A stretch of DNA of 64,000 nucleotides from an uncultured Gemmatimonadales bacterium (GTDB taxonomy: Bacteria > Gemmatimonadota > Gemmatimonadetes > Gemmatimonadales > GWC2-71-9): contig CAVSQW010000015.1 in assembly GCA_963730185.1 (NCBI GenBank), positions 96,001 to 160,000 on the forward strand, given 5' to 3'. The number at the start of each line of letters is the position of its first letter. Position 1 is the first letter of the stretch. Below are positions 43,808-53,589 of the stretch, piece by piece. The translations under genes were made by a program, and so were the position numbers. The notes beneath the pieces were generated by a model that did not search any database, had not been told where the DNA came from, and worked only from the letters and a program-made list of their open reading frames with translations.

Positions 43808-44480
43808 GGGCCCCGGCGGGGAGGGTGGCGGTGATGGTGGCGTGGTGGCCCGGGGCTCGGCCGAGGGCGGCCAGCAGGCCGATCGCGATCAGGGCGAACG
43901 CGGTGACGGCCGGGAGCCGCCTCCGGAGTGACCCCGTGACCCGCTGAAGCAGGAGGCCGGCCGTGGCGACCGCCGGCACGGTGCCGGTCCAGAACACCGC
44001 CATCGCCAGGGAGCCCTGGACCGGCGACCCGGTGCCGCCGGCCGCCGCCACGAAGGCGTAGAGCCACCCGCAGGGGAGGAGGGCGGAGGCGGCGCCGAGG
44101 GTGACACCGCGGGCCGCGGGCGGCACCTGGCTCAGCCGTCGATAGAGCCCGGCGGTGAACCTGGCGAGCGGATCGCGCCGCCCGAGCCGGAGGCCGAGGC
44201 TCCGAAGGAGGGTGACGAGACCGAAGGCAATCAGCACGACCCCGGCGATCCGGGCCGCCGACGCCGACCAGCCAAGCCGGAGGCCGAACCGGTCGAGCAG
44301 GCCGCCCGCGGCGCCGGCCAGCGCACCGAGGGCCAGGTAGACGACGAGCCGGCCGCCGTGATAGGCGAGCCGGCTCCAGGCCCGGCCCCGACCGGCCTCC
44401 GCGGCGGCCGCAAGCGGGCCGCACATGGCGGCGCAGTGGACGCTGCCCAGCAGACTGGCGACGAAGACGGCCCAGAGCAT
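43788..44480 (-). CDS. DsbD_2/TauE-like membrane protein of cco clusters
   Basis: SLLGSVHCAAMCGP, YHGGR, LLPCGWLY, FWTGTVP; start ATG 44480. Confidence 0.88.
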   Translation of the reverse strand: MLWAVFVASLLGSVHCAAMCGPLAAAAEAGRGRAWSRLAYHGGRLVVYLALGALAGAAGGLLDRFGLRLGWSASAARIAGVVLIAFGLVTLLRSLGLRLGRRDPLARFTAGLYRRLSQVPPAARGVTLGAASALLPCGWLYAFVAAAGGTGSPVQGSLAMAVFWTGTVPAVATAGLLLQRVTGSLRRRLPAVTAFALIAIGLLAALGRAPGHHATITATLPAGAHDAAPR

Positions 44481-44959
44481 CAGGCCCGCGGGACCAACCG
44501 ATCTCCCGGCGTGCCGCGCAGCACGGCCGTGAACCGGTCGGAGCCACGGATGACGGTCACCCGGACTTCGTGCAGTCCACCATGTGGTCGGGGGATGGTG
44601 CCTTCGTAGGTTCCGGCCGACTCCAGCGCCAGGGTGGCGTGGTAGAACTCGGCGGCCTGGGCCAGGGCGAAGCCTTCGACCGCCACCCGCGCGCCGTCCA
44701 GCGGGGTGCCGGTGGAATCGGTCAGGCGGAGCGTCAGCTCGCCGCCGGGATCGAGCCGGCCCCGCACCTGCCAGGCCAGGACCACGTTCTCCCGGGCCTG
44801 AGCCATGGCCGAATCCCAATTCACGGCTTTCCGGTAGTAGTCGGGCTCGACCGCTTCGGTATCGGTCTTGGTGGCTTCATAGAGCAGGAAGCCGTTGGCG
44901 ACGACCGTCAGGCCCAGGACCCCGGCGATCGAGAGGGGCCACCATCGACCGGCTTGCAT
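44480..44959 (-). CDS. ccoH: FixH/CcoH family protein
   Basis: WWP + TM + VEPDYYRKAVNWD; between ccoG and the DsbD_2 gene; start ATG 44959. Confidence 0.85.
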   Translation of the reverse strand: MQAGRWWPLSIAGVLGLTVVANGFLLYEATKTDTEAVEPDYYRKAVNWDSAMAQARENVVLAWQVRGRLDPGGELTLRLTDSTGTPLDGARVAVEGFALAQAAEFYHATLALESAGTYEGTIPRPHGGLHEVRVTVIRGSDRFTAVLRGTPGDRLVPRA

Positions 44960-46367
44960 CAGTGCGCCTCCGGGTGGGCGTTGTCGTCGGCGCCTTCGTC
45001 TTCCGGGCCCACGAGGTTGTAGGGGTAGGTCCCGGTGAAGGATGCCCCGTCCGACACCTTGATCGCAACCGACCGGGCGCCGTCGTGGAAGACGGCGGGC
45101 GCCACTTCGACGAACAGGCTGGTGGTGGCGATCTCCCCGGGCCCGACCGGGACCGGGTTCTCGGCCATGACGACTTGAGCGTCCACGCCTTCGAGGCTGA
45201 TCCGATACTGGCGAGCCGTCTTGGTCCGGTTGGTAATCCGGACCCGGATCTGGTTCAGGATCCGGCCGTCGGTCTCGACCGTGAAGGGCGCGCCGATGCC
45301 CCGGAGGACGGTCACGTCGGTGTCCTGCTTCGTGCCCAGGAAGAAGAGGAAGGCGCCGAAGGAGAGGGCCAGCGCGGCCGGATAGAGGACCACGCGGGGC
45401 CGGAGCAGGCGGCTCCCCTTGCCCTCGAGCCGGTCGCGCGACGTGTAGCGGATCAGGCCGCGCGGTTTCCCGACCCGATCCATGATGTCGTCGCAGGCGT
45501 CGGCGCACTGGGTGCAGTGGATGCACTCCATCTGGAGCCCGTCGCGGATGTCGATGCCGGTGGGGCAGGTCAGCACGCAGGCACCGCAGTCGATGCAGTC
45601 GCCGGCGTCGCTGGGACGGTCCTTGCCCCGGGCCCGAGGCTCACCGCGGCCGGGGTCGTAGCCGACGATCAGCGATTGCCGGTCGAGCAGCACCGACTGG
45701 AGCCGACCGTAGGGGCAGGCGACCAGGCAGGTCTGCTCGCGGAAGTAGGTGAAGTCGAAGAAGATCGCGCCCGTCGTCGCGGCCATCACGAAGAACGCGG
45801 TCGGGTGCTGGACCGGCGAGAGCTGGACCCAGCGGACCAGGGTGTCGATCCCGACGAAATAGGCCAGGAAGGTGTGGGCGAGGAAGAGCGAGAGCAGGAG
45901 GTAGACGCCGTACTTGGCGAGTCGCCTCGGGTAGAGCTTCCGCCGCCTGTCCATCGCGAGGCTCCCGCTCCGGCCGCCCTCGAAGAACCGCTCGATCGGC
46001 CGGAAGAGGAACTCCATGTATACCGTCTGGGGGCAGGTCCAGCCGCACCAGACCCGCCCGAAGAGCGCGGTGAGCAGGAAGATCCCGATCAGGATGCTCA
46101 GGAAGAGCAACATGAACAGCAGGGTGTCGGTCGGCAGGAAGGTGGTCCCGAAGATCGTGAACTCGCGCCGCGGGATGTCGAGCAGGATCAGCGGCTTGCC
46201 CGGAACGGGATGTAGGGGATGGCGAAGAACACGAACATCAGGAGGTAGGCCACCACCCGCCGCCGATGCCAGAAGTGTCCGGTGGCGAGCTTCGGGCGGA
46301 GCCAACGGCGCGACCCATCGACGTTGAGTGTCGAGAGGACTCGTTCCGGGGCGTTGGCGTGCGACAT
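44959..46367 (-). CDS. ccoG: cbb3 accessory ferredoxin-like protein CcoG; one frameshift near 46200
   Basis: GRVWCGWTCPQTV, CPYGRLQ, CIDCGACVLTCPTGIDIR, ECIHCTQCADAC; N-terminus MSHANAPERVLSTLNVDGSRRW lies in another frame. Confidence 0.92.
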
Positions 46368-46404
46368 CGTTCCTACCCGTCTTTCCGTTCCGGCCCGGCC
46401 GGCC

Positions 46405-47007
46405 TTACCTGGCCGCCCCGGTGTCAGCCTGGACCGCGGTCGTGTCGAGGGGCGTCCCCTCGGGGGCTTTGGGCTTGGCCGGAGTGGTGCCGCGGAGCGA
46501 CACGACGTATCCGGCCACGGCCAGCAGCTGATCCGGCTTGAGGATCTTGCCCCAAGCCGGCATGCCCTTGGCCGCCACCCCCTCCACGATGGTCCGCATC
46601 AGGTCGATCGGCCGGCCCCCGTGGATGTAGTAGTTGTCGGTCAGGTTGGGACCGATCACGCCGCCGCCGTCCGGGCCGTGACACGGCGTGCACATCTGGG
46701 TGAAGGTCGCCTTGCCCAGCGCGTGGGTCGTGGCGTCGGTCGACGCGGCCAGCACCTTGGCCGAGGTCATCCCGGCCAGCGGGTCGTTGGCGGCGGCGAG
46801 CTTGGCCGCTTCGGCCATGTCGGCCTCGTAGTCGGCGATCCGACCCTTGCCGTTCCCGATGTACGGCACGTTCAGCGCGTACAGGATCGAGAAGAGAATC
46901 GTCACCCAGAACGTCGCGAGCCACCACCGGGGCATCGGATTGTCGTACTCCTGGATGCCATCGTACTCGTGGTCCAGCAGCCGATCCTGCTCGGACTCCC
47001 GGCTCAT
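46405..47007 (-). CDS. ccoP: cbb3 oxidase subunit III, mono-heme
   Basis: HEYDGIQEYDNPMPRWW, single CTPCH, GPNLTD, GMPAW. Confidence 0.93.
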   Translation of the reverse strand: MSRESEQDRLLDHEYDGIQEYDNPMPRWWLATFWVTILFSILYALNVPYIGNGKGRIADYEADMAEAAKLAAANDPLAGMTSAKVLAASTDATTHALGKATFTQMCTPCHGPDGGGVIGPNLTDNYYIHGGRPIDLMRTIVEGVAAKGMPAWGKILKPDQLLAVAGYVVSLRGTTPAKPKAPEGTPLDTTAVQADTGAAR

Positions 47008-47228
47008 CGCCGTCCTCCTGGCGTGGGGTTGTCGGGCGCGGAATCCCCTTGCCTGAAGCTGGACTCCCCGTCCTTGAACGGAATTTCCCCGTCGGCTTCC
47101 AGCTCCCGCCGGCGCGACGGCCGGAAGATCCAGATGATGAGCGCGACGAAGGCGACGATGAAGATCACCATGGCGACGACCGCGTAGCCGGCCAGGCCGG
47201 CCCCGCTCATGATGTCGGTCAGTCGCAT
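47004..47228 (-). CDS. ccoQ: cbb3 oxidase subunit CcoQ
   Basis: Small single-TM protein (IFIVAFVALIIWIF..IPF.D) between ccoO and ccoP; start ATG 47228. Confidence 0.85.
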   Translation of the reverse strand: MRLTDIMSGAGLAGYAVVAMVIFIVAFVALIIWIFRPSRRRELEADGEIPFKDGESSFRQGDSAPDNPTPGGRR

Positions 47229-47229
47229 C

Positions 47230-49428
47230 TCACTGCCCTCCGGCCGGCTGGGCGCCGGCTGGCGCGGTCCCGGCATGCGCCAGCTTGATGTCCTTGCCAA
47301 GGCGCTGGAGGTACGCGACCAGCGCGATGATCTCCTTGTTCTGGAGGTCGGCCGGGCCGCCCTGGGCCGCGATACTCTGGGCCAGGGTGGTGGCCTGGGT
47401 CCGCGCCATCTCGGGCGCCCGGTTCACGGCGTCGCCGTAGGGCACTCCCAGCATGGCCATCGCGTCGACCCGGGACTGGATCGAGGCGAAGTCGAGCTGG
47501 TTCCGGAGCAGCCAGGGATAGGCCGGCATGATCGACTGGGCCGTGATCGACCGGGGATCCTCCATGTGCCGAACGTGCCAGAGATCGGGATACTTGCCAC
47601 CCTCGCGCGCCAGGTCCGGCCCGATCCGCCGGGAGCCCCAGAGGAACGGGTGGTCGTAGACGAACTCGCCCGGCTTCGAGTATTCGCCGTACCGCTCGGT
47701 CTCCCAGCGGAAGGGCCGGATCATCTGCGAGTGGCAGTTGAAGCACCCTTCCCGGATGTAGATGTCGCGTCCGGCCAGCTCCAGAGGCGTATAGGGCTTG
47801 ACCGACGCGATGGTCGGGACGTTGGAGCGAATCAGGAAGGTGGGGACGATCTCGAACAGCGAGGCCACCACCACGGCGACCGTGACCAGCACGGTGAAGG
47901 TGAGCGGCAGCGCCTCCCACTTCCGGTGCCAGCCGGCCCGGGCGAAGCGGGCCCAGAGGCCGCCGGTCGCGGGCGTCGGCGTCCCGGTCAGCGCGGTGAG
48001 CGGCGCGGCCTGGATCACCGGCTCCTCGTAGGTGGCCGGTCGGGCCAGCCAGGTCTTGAGAATGTTGTAGCCGAAGAGGACCATCCCGAGGATGTAGAGC
48101 GTGCCGCCCGCGGCCCGGACCAGGTACATCGGCATCAGCTTGACGGTGGTCTCGACGAAGTCGGGGAAGACCAGCCTCCCGGTCTGGTCGAACGCCCGCC
48201 ACATGAGGCCCTGCGTCAGGCCGGCGCTGTAGATCGCGGCGGCGTAGAGGATCATGCCGAAGGTCGCCAGCCAGAAGTGGACCTCGGCCAGCTTCTGGCT
48301 GTGCAGCTTGGTCTGGAAGAGCCGCGGCAGGAGCCAGTAGATCATGCCGAAAGTCAGGAGGCCGTTCCACCCCAGGGCGCCGGTGTGGACGTGGGCGATG
48401 ATCCAGTCGGTGTAGTGGGCCAGGCCGTTCACGCTCTTGATGGAGAGCATCGGTCCTTCGAACGTCGCCATGCCGTAGGCGGTGACCGCCACCACGAAGA
48501 ACTTGAGGACCGGATCCTCGACCACCTTCCGCCAGGCCCCCCGAAGGGTCAGCAGGCCGTTGACCATGCCACCCCACGACGGGGCCCAGAGCATCACCGA
48601 GAAGAGCATGCCCACCGTGGAGGCCCACTCGGGGAGCGCGGTGTAGTGGAGATGGTGCGGGCCGGCCCAGATGTAGAGGAAGACCAAGGTCCAGAAGTGG
48701 AGGATCGAGAGCCGGTAGCTGAACACCGGCCGGTCGGCCGCCTTCGGCATGAAGTAGTACATCAGGCCGAGGAACGGCGTGGTCAGGAAGAAGGCTACGG
48801 CGTTGTGTCCATACCACCACTGCATGAAGGCGTCCTGGACGCCCGCGTAGATCGAGTAGCTCTTGAAGGGCCCGGCCGGGATCGAGAGGTTGTTGAAGAT
48901 GTGCAGGATCGCGACGGTGATGATGCTGGCGATGTAGAACCAGATCGCGACGTACAGATGCCGTTCCCGGCGCTTGGCGATGGTGCCGAAGAAGTTGACC
49001 GCGAAAATCACCCAGACGATCGCGATCAGGATGTCGATCGGCCACTCCAGCTCGGCGTATTCCTTGGCCTGGGTGAAGCCAAGGGGCAGGGTGATCGCCG
49101 CCAACACGATGATCAGCTGCCAGCCCCAGAAGTGGAGCTTGCTCAGCAGGTCGCTGAACATCCGCGCCTTGAGGAGCCGTTGGGTGGAGTAGTACGCGCC
49201 GCAGAAAAAGGCGTTCCCCGCGAACGCGAAGATCACCGCGTTCGTGTGGAGCGGCCGGAGCCGGCCGAAACTGATCCAGGGCAGCCCGCCGTTGATGGCG
49301 GGATAGGTCAGCTCGAGGGCGATCAGCAGCCCCACCAGCATCCCGACCAGGCCCCAGATGAACGTGGCGAAGAGGAACTTCCGGACGATTGCGTCGTCGT
49401 ACGTGAAGTTATCGAGTCGGGCGTTCAT
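47230..49428 (-). CDS. ccoN: Fused cbb3 oxidase subunit I/II (CcoN-CcoO)
   Basis: FGRLRPLHTN, QWWYGHNAV, WAGPHHLHY, IAHVH, followed in frame by EGCFNCHSQMIRP, WGSRRIGPDL, SIMPAY. Confidence 0.97.
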   Translation of the reverse strand: MNARLDNFTYDDAIVRKFLFATFIWGLVGMLVGLLIALELTYPAINGGLPWISFGRLRPLHTNAVIFAFAGNAFFCGAYYSTQRLLKARMFSDLLSKLHFWGWQLIIVLAAITLPLGFTQAKEYAELEWPIDILIAIVWVIFAVNFFGTIAKRRERHLYVAIWFYIASIITVAILHIFNNLSIPAGPFKSYSIYAGVQDAFMQWWYGHNAVAFFLTTPFLGLMYYFMPKAADRPVFSYRLSILHFWTLVFLYIWAGPHHLHYTALPEWASTVGMLFSVMLWAPSWGGMVNGLLTLRGAWRKVVEDPVLKFFVVAVTAYGMATFEGPMLSIKSVNGLAHYTDWIIAHVHTGALGWNGLLTFGMIYWLLPRLFQTKLHSQKLAEVHFWLATFGMILYAAAIYSAGLTQGLMWRAFDQTGRLVFPDFVETTVKLMPMYLVRAAGGTLYILGMVLFGYNILKTWLARPATYEEPVIQAAPLTALTGTPTPATGGLWARFARAGWHRKWEALPLTFTVLVTVAVVVASLFEIVPTFLIRSNVPTIASVKPYTPLELAGRDIYIREGCFNCHSQMIRPFRWETERYGEYSKPGEFVYDHPFLWGSRRIGPDLAREGGKYPDLWHVRHMEDPRSITAQSIMPAYPWLLRNQLDFASIQSRVDAMAMLGVPYGDAVNRAPEMARTQATTLAQSIAAQGGPADLQNKEIIALVAYLQRLGKDIKLAHAGTAPAGAQPAGGQ

Positions 49429-49481
49429 CGCCGCTCCCGAGAAGGTGAAGGAGACATCTTCTGGCGGTCACGAAACCTTGC

Positions 49482-49526
49482 AAGATGGCCATCGGTCGAT
49501 AAAGCGATCATAAGGCCGGCGTGAAC
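49482..49526 (-). promoter_or_regulatory. Island promoter (3 hexamers, 11 nt, -10) upstream of ccoNO
   Basis: GTTCAC-N5-CCTTAT-N5-CTTTAT-N11-CATCTT. Confidence 0.55.
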
Positions 49527-51424
49527 GGATCTTCAGCGATCGCATCTCGTTCAGCGGCTTCCGACGCCCGGGCCGCTGCGGCCTGGTGCAGGGCCTGCTC
49601 GGCGGGGCCGGCCCGAACGACCCGGAGGGCATTGAGGATCACCGCCACGTCGATGGCCTCCTGGATGAGGGCCCCGATCGGCGGCGCCACGAAGCCAAAG
49701 GCGGCGAAGAGCATCCCGGCGGCGCTCAGTCCCAGTCCTACGCCGATCGACTGCCGGGCGATCTGCATGGTCCGCCGGGCGATGGCTACCGCCTCGGGCA
49801 CGCGGCCCAGGTCGTCGACGAGGAGTACGATGTCCGCCGCTTCGGCGCTGATCCCGCCACCCGAGCCGGCGAGCGCGAGGCCGACACCCGCGGCGCTCAG
49901 GGCGGGCGCGTCGTTGGCGCCGTCGCCCACCATGAGCACCCGTCGTCCCAGCTTGGTGAGCCGGGCCACCAGGGCCACCTTGTCCTGGGGGAGGAGGTCG
50001 CCCCGGGCCTCGGTGATGCCGAGGGCCTCGGCCGTCGCCGTCACGTTGGCGGTCCGATCGCCGGAGAGCAGGAGGACGCGCTTGACTCCGAGATCACCGA
50101 GGGCGCGGACCACCGCGGCCGCGTTGGACCGGAGCCGGTCCGCGTAGTTGATGATCCCGGCGGCCCGGCCGTCCACCGCGATGTAGCCGCGGAGGCCGAG
50201 GCTCGGCTCCTGCTCGGCGAAGCCAGCCGCCGCGGCCGGCTCCCACTCCCGAAGCAGGCTCAGTGCCCCGACCGTCACCTGGTGGCCGTCGACTGACCCG
50301 GCCACCCCCCGCCCCGCCGCTTCGACCACGTGCTCGGCCGGCGGCAGCGGGCCGCATCGGGCGAGCGCCGCCTCGACCACGGTCGTGGCCAGCAGGTGGC
50401 CGGATCCCTGCTCCACCGCGCCGGCCAGACGGTAGAGCTCGGTCTCCTCGAACGGCGGGAGGGCGTCGATCCGGGTCACGATCGGCCGGCCCAGGGTCAC
50501 GGTCCCGGTCTTGTCGAACACCGCGGTGTCGATTTGGGCCAGCTGCTCCAGCGCGCCGCCGTGCCGGACGATGATCTGGTGCTTGGCGGCCCGGTTGATT
50601 CCGCCCAGGAAGGCGACCGGCGCCGCCAGAATCAGGGGGCAGGGGGTGGCGATCACCAGGACGGCCAGCACCCGGGTCGGGTCGCCCGACGCGAGCCAGG
50701 TAACCAGGCAGACGACGATGGTGAGAGGCGTGAACCAGATCGCCGCCCGGTCGGCCAGCCGTTGGAGCGGGGCCTTGCTCTCCTGCGCGCTCCTGACCAG
50801 CTCCACGATCCGGTTGTAGAGGCTCATGGCGGCGACGGCGGTTACCTCGACCGTCAGCGGCCCGTCCAGGTTCACCACCCCGCTCGAGAGAGCGGTGCCC
50901 GCCTCGGCGGCGAGAGGGAGCGGCTCACCGGTGAGCCGCGATGTGTCCACGCCCGACCGCCCGGCGATCACCCGGCCGTCGCAGGGCACCATCTCACCCG
51001 GACGCACCAGAACCCGGTCGCCGACGACGACCTGGTCCACCGGTACGTCCACGATCCCGTCGAGCACCACCTGGTGGGCGATGACGGGGGCCTCGGCTTC
51101 GAGCTGCTCCACTGCGCGTGACGCCCGGCGGGCGGCGTAGTCCTCCAGGGCCTCGCCGCCGGTTTGCATCAGCACGATCACCATCCCCGCGAACGGCTGG
51201 ACCAGCACGACCGCCGCGACCACGGCCAGCGAGGCGACGATGTCGGCCGCGTAGCGCCCCCGCAGCATCCCGCGGATCGTCGCGACCACGATGGGAGTTC
51301 CCAACACGACCAGCCCCACCATCCAGACGATGGTGCGGGCGGAAGGGGCGGATACGACTCGCGGGGCCAGAAGCCCCGCGAGGATCACACCGCCGGCCGC
51401 GGCGGGACGGATGGCGTGACGCAC
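49508..51424 (-). CDS. Heavy-metal P1B-type ATPase, P1B-5-like
   Basis: TGEP, ATPCPLIL, DKTGT, GDGANDAPAL, QEAID; no N-terminal metal-binding domain. Confidence 0.88.
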   Translation of the reverse strand: MRHAIRPAAAGGVILAGLLAPRVVSAPSARTIVWMVGLVVLGTPIVVATIRGMLRGRYAADIVASLAVVAAVVLVQPFAGMVIVLMQTGGEALEDYAARRASRAVEQLEAEAPVIAHQVVLDGIVDVPVDQVVVGDRVLVRPGEMVPCDGRVIAGRSGVDTSRLTGEPLPLAAEAGTALSSGVVNLDGPLTVEVTAVAAMSLYNRIVELVRSAQESKAPLQRLADRAAIWFTPLTIVVCLVTWLASGDPTRVLAVLVIATPCPLILAAPVAFLGGINRAAKHQIIVRHGGALEQLAQIDTAVFDKTGTVTLGRPIVTRIDALPPFEETELYRLAGAVEQGSGHLLATTVVEAALARCGPLPPAEHVVEAAGRGVAGSVDGHQVTVGALSLLREWEPAAAAGFAEQEPSLGLRGYIAVDGRAAGIINYADRLRSNAAAVVRALGDLGVKRVLLLSGDRTANVTATAEALGITEARGDLLPQDKVALVARLTKLGRRVLMVGDGANDAPALSAAGVGLALAGSGGGISAEAADIVLLVDDLGRVPEAVAIARRTMQIARQSIGVGLGLSAAGMLFAAFGFVAPPIGALIQEAIDVAVILNALRVVRAGPAEQALHQAAAARASEAAERDAIAEDPFTPAL

Positions 51425-51434
51425 GGGGCCTCTC

Positions 51435-52133
51435 TTAGTGCCGACCGACCTTGACCGCCGCCTCCGCGTGTCGGAGGCAGAAGCCGACCCCGCGCACCGT
51501 TTCGACCCGGGGGTCGTTCACGTGCTTGGCGAGCTTGCGGCGGAGGTTACCGACGTGCACGTCGACGACATTGCTCTCGGGGTCGAAGTGCATGTCCCAG
51601 ACCTTCTCGAGGAGCGTCGTCCGCCGCACCACCTCTTCAGGATGGAGCATGAAGTACTCGAAGAGCTGGAACTCCTTCGCCGTCAGGTCCAGCCGCTGGC
51701 CGTTGGCCATGGCCTGGTGCCGCAGCCGGTCGAGCTCGAACGGACCGTAGCGAAGGACCTCCAGCCGGTCGGCGCCGCCGCGGCGGTGGAGCGCTCTGAG
51801 CCGGGCCAGGAGCTCCTCGAATCGGAACGGCTTGGTGAGATAGTCGTCGGCCCCGACGTCGAGCCCCCGTACGATGTCTTCCACCGAGTCCCGTGAGGTC
51901 AGCATCAGGATGGGCGTGTTCCGCCCTTCGCGGCGGAGCTCCGCGGCGACCTGAAACCCGCTCTTCTTGGGAAGGAGGACGTCGAGCAAAATGACGTCGT
52001 ACTCGTAGACGTGGGCCAGCATGGTGGCTTCCTCGCCGTCGGGGGCAACGTCGACGACGTACCCCTCTTCCTTGAGGCCCTGCTCGATGAAGCCCGCGAC
52101 TTTCCGGTCGTCTTCCACCACGAGGATCTTCAT
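51435..52133 (-). CDS. OmpR/PhoB family response regulator
   Basis: VVEDD, LLDVLLP, GADDYLTKPF, LTAKEF, NVVDVHVGNLRRKL, TVRGVG. Confidence 0.96.
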   Translation of the reverse strand: MKILVVEDDRKVAGFIEQGLKEEGYVVDVAPDGEEATMLAHVYEYDVILLDVLLPKKSGFQVAAELRREGRNTPILMLTSRDSVEDIVRGLDVGADDYLTKPFRFEELLARLRALHRRGGADRLEVLRYGPFELDRLRHQAMANGQRLDLTAKEFQLFEYFMLHPEEVVRRTTLLEKVWDMHFDPESNVVDVHVGNLRRKLAKHVNDPRVETVRGVGFCLRHAEAAVKVGRH

Positions 52134-52166
52134 GTCGTCTTCCTTCCCAAGGGTATCGTGAGGGAG

Positions 52167-52211
52167 AGTTTACTCGGTCCCCTCTAAACCCCGGGTCAAG
52201 GTTTTATGAAG
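52167..52211 (-). promoter_or_regulatory. Island promoter upstream of the response regulator (autoregulation)
   Basis: CTTCAT-N5-CTTGAC-N5-GTTTAG-N11-TAAACT. Confidence 0.7.
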
Positions 52212-52217
52212 AGTAGC

Positions 52218-53450
52218 TCATGGTCCCGCGGCCGGCAATCTCAGGGCGAACCGGCCGCCATGGCCGGGCTGGGCGACGGCGATCAGGTCGCCGCCCAGGA
52301 CGCGAGCCAACCGGCGGGACAGGGGGAGCCCCACGCCGTAGCCCACCCGGCCGGTCTCGGCCGCGTTCGCGGTGGTGTAGTAGATGTCGAAGATCCGCTC
52401 CACGTCGTCCTCGGCCACCCCGTCGCCCTGGTCGAGCACGGTGATCTCGACCCGACCGTCGACCGCCTCCGCGGTGAGCTCGATCTGGCTTCCGGCGGGT
52501 GTGTGGCGGATGGCATTGGTCAGGACGTTGACCAGGATCTGCTCCACCCGGTGAGCGTCGGTATGGCAGAGCAGATGGACGTCTCGAGGGGGCGTCCCGA
52601 AGGTGACCCGTTTTTCGTCCGCCGAGGGCGTAATTCGGATGATCGCTGTCTGGATCAGCTGGCAGCAGTCGACCACTTTGAGGATCGGCTTCAGGCGGTC
52701 CTCGTCGAGACGGTTCAGGTCGAGGAGGTCGTTCACCAGCGCCACCGCCTGCTCGGCCGCCTCGAGAATCTCGAATGCGCCCCGCGGCACCGTCTCGGGG
52801 TCCTTCCGGCGGACCAGCATCTCCGACCAGCCGTAGACCGCGGCCAGGGCGTTCCGGAGTTCGTGGTTGACCATCGCGAAGAACCGCTCGCGGGAGCGGT
52901 GGAGCTGCTGGACCTCCTCGAGGAGATGCGCGGTCCGCTCGTAGAGGCGGGCGTTTTCCACGGCGGAGGCGATGATCGCGGCGAGGAGCTGGGCCAGGTG
53001 CACGTCTTCGTCGCTGAACTCGGCGGCGTCGACCTTCTCGGTGAGGTAGAGGTCGCCCAGCACGCCCTGGCGCCCGACGATCGGAACGCCGAGGAACGAC
53101 TTCATGGGCGGGTGGTGCTTCGGGAAGCCGACCGACGCCGGGTGCCGCTGGATGTCGGGCAGCCGGACCATCTGGCCTTCCCGGATGACCAGGCCCAACA
53201 CACCGTGCCCGATGGGGAGGGTCCCGATCCGGGCGCGCTCGGCGTCGCCCAGGCCGGAAGTGGTGAAGCTGGCCAGCGTCTCGTTGTCGGGATTGAGCAG
53301 GCCGATGGCGCTGTACCGCGCGCTGAGCACTTCGCGGCCCAGGTCGGCCACCCGCTGGAGCACCCGATCAAGCCGAAGCTCGCCGACGAGCTCCGGAGTG
53401 ATGCGGACGAGCCGCTCGATGCGTTCGTGGGAAGCGCCGCCAGTCGGCAT
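52218..53450 (-). CDS. Soluble sensor histidine kinase with DosS/DevS-type GAF domain and HisKA/HATPase
   Basis: HPASVGFPKHHPPMKSFLGVP..GDLYLTEK GAF; NHELRNAL H-box; NVLTNAIRH, DQGDG, GYGVGL; no TM. Confidence 0.92.
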   Translation of the reverse strand: MPTGGASHERIERLVRITPELVGELRLDRVLQRVADLGREVLSARYSAIGLLNPDNETLASFTTSGLGDAERARIGTLPIGHGVLGLVIREGQMVRLPDIQRHPASVGFPKHHPPMKSFLGVPIVGRQGVLGDLYLTEKVDAAEFSDEDVHLAQLLAAIIASAVENARLYERTAHLLEEVQQLHRSRERFFAMVNHELRNALAAVYGWSEMLVRRKDPETVPRGAFEILEAAEQAVALVNDLLDLNRLDEDRLKPILKVVDCCQLIQTAIIRITPSADEKRVTFGTPPRDVHLLCHTDAHRVEQILVNVLTNAIRHTPAGSQIELTAEAVDGRVEITVLDQGDGVAEDDVERIFDIYYTTANAAETGRVGYGVGLPLSRRLARVLGGDLIAVAQPGHGGRFALRLPAAGP

Positions 53451-53512
53451 GGGAGAATAGTACGGGGTCGGCGGCCGATTCGCACCGGGGTCGGGAGCCT
53501 CTTGGCGCCGAT

Positions 53513-53557
53513 CTTAGTGAAGGCTTCACCCGCTCTTCATGGAGCCGCCGGTAGTGT
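53513..53557 (+). promoter_or_regulatory. Island promoter upstream of USP1
   Basis: CTTAGT-N5-CTTCAC-N5-CTTCAT-N11-TAGTGT. Confidence 0.7.
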
Positions 53558-53589
53558 TTCGCTACGAGGGAAGGAGTGCTGCAACGTCG

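Noticed and set aside
49495..49512. FNR box upstream of ccoN (TCGAT-N6-ATCAT)
   Set aside because: Spacing is 6 rather than 4; better explained by the direct-repeat island motif
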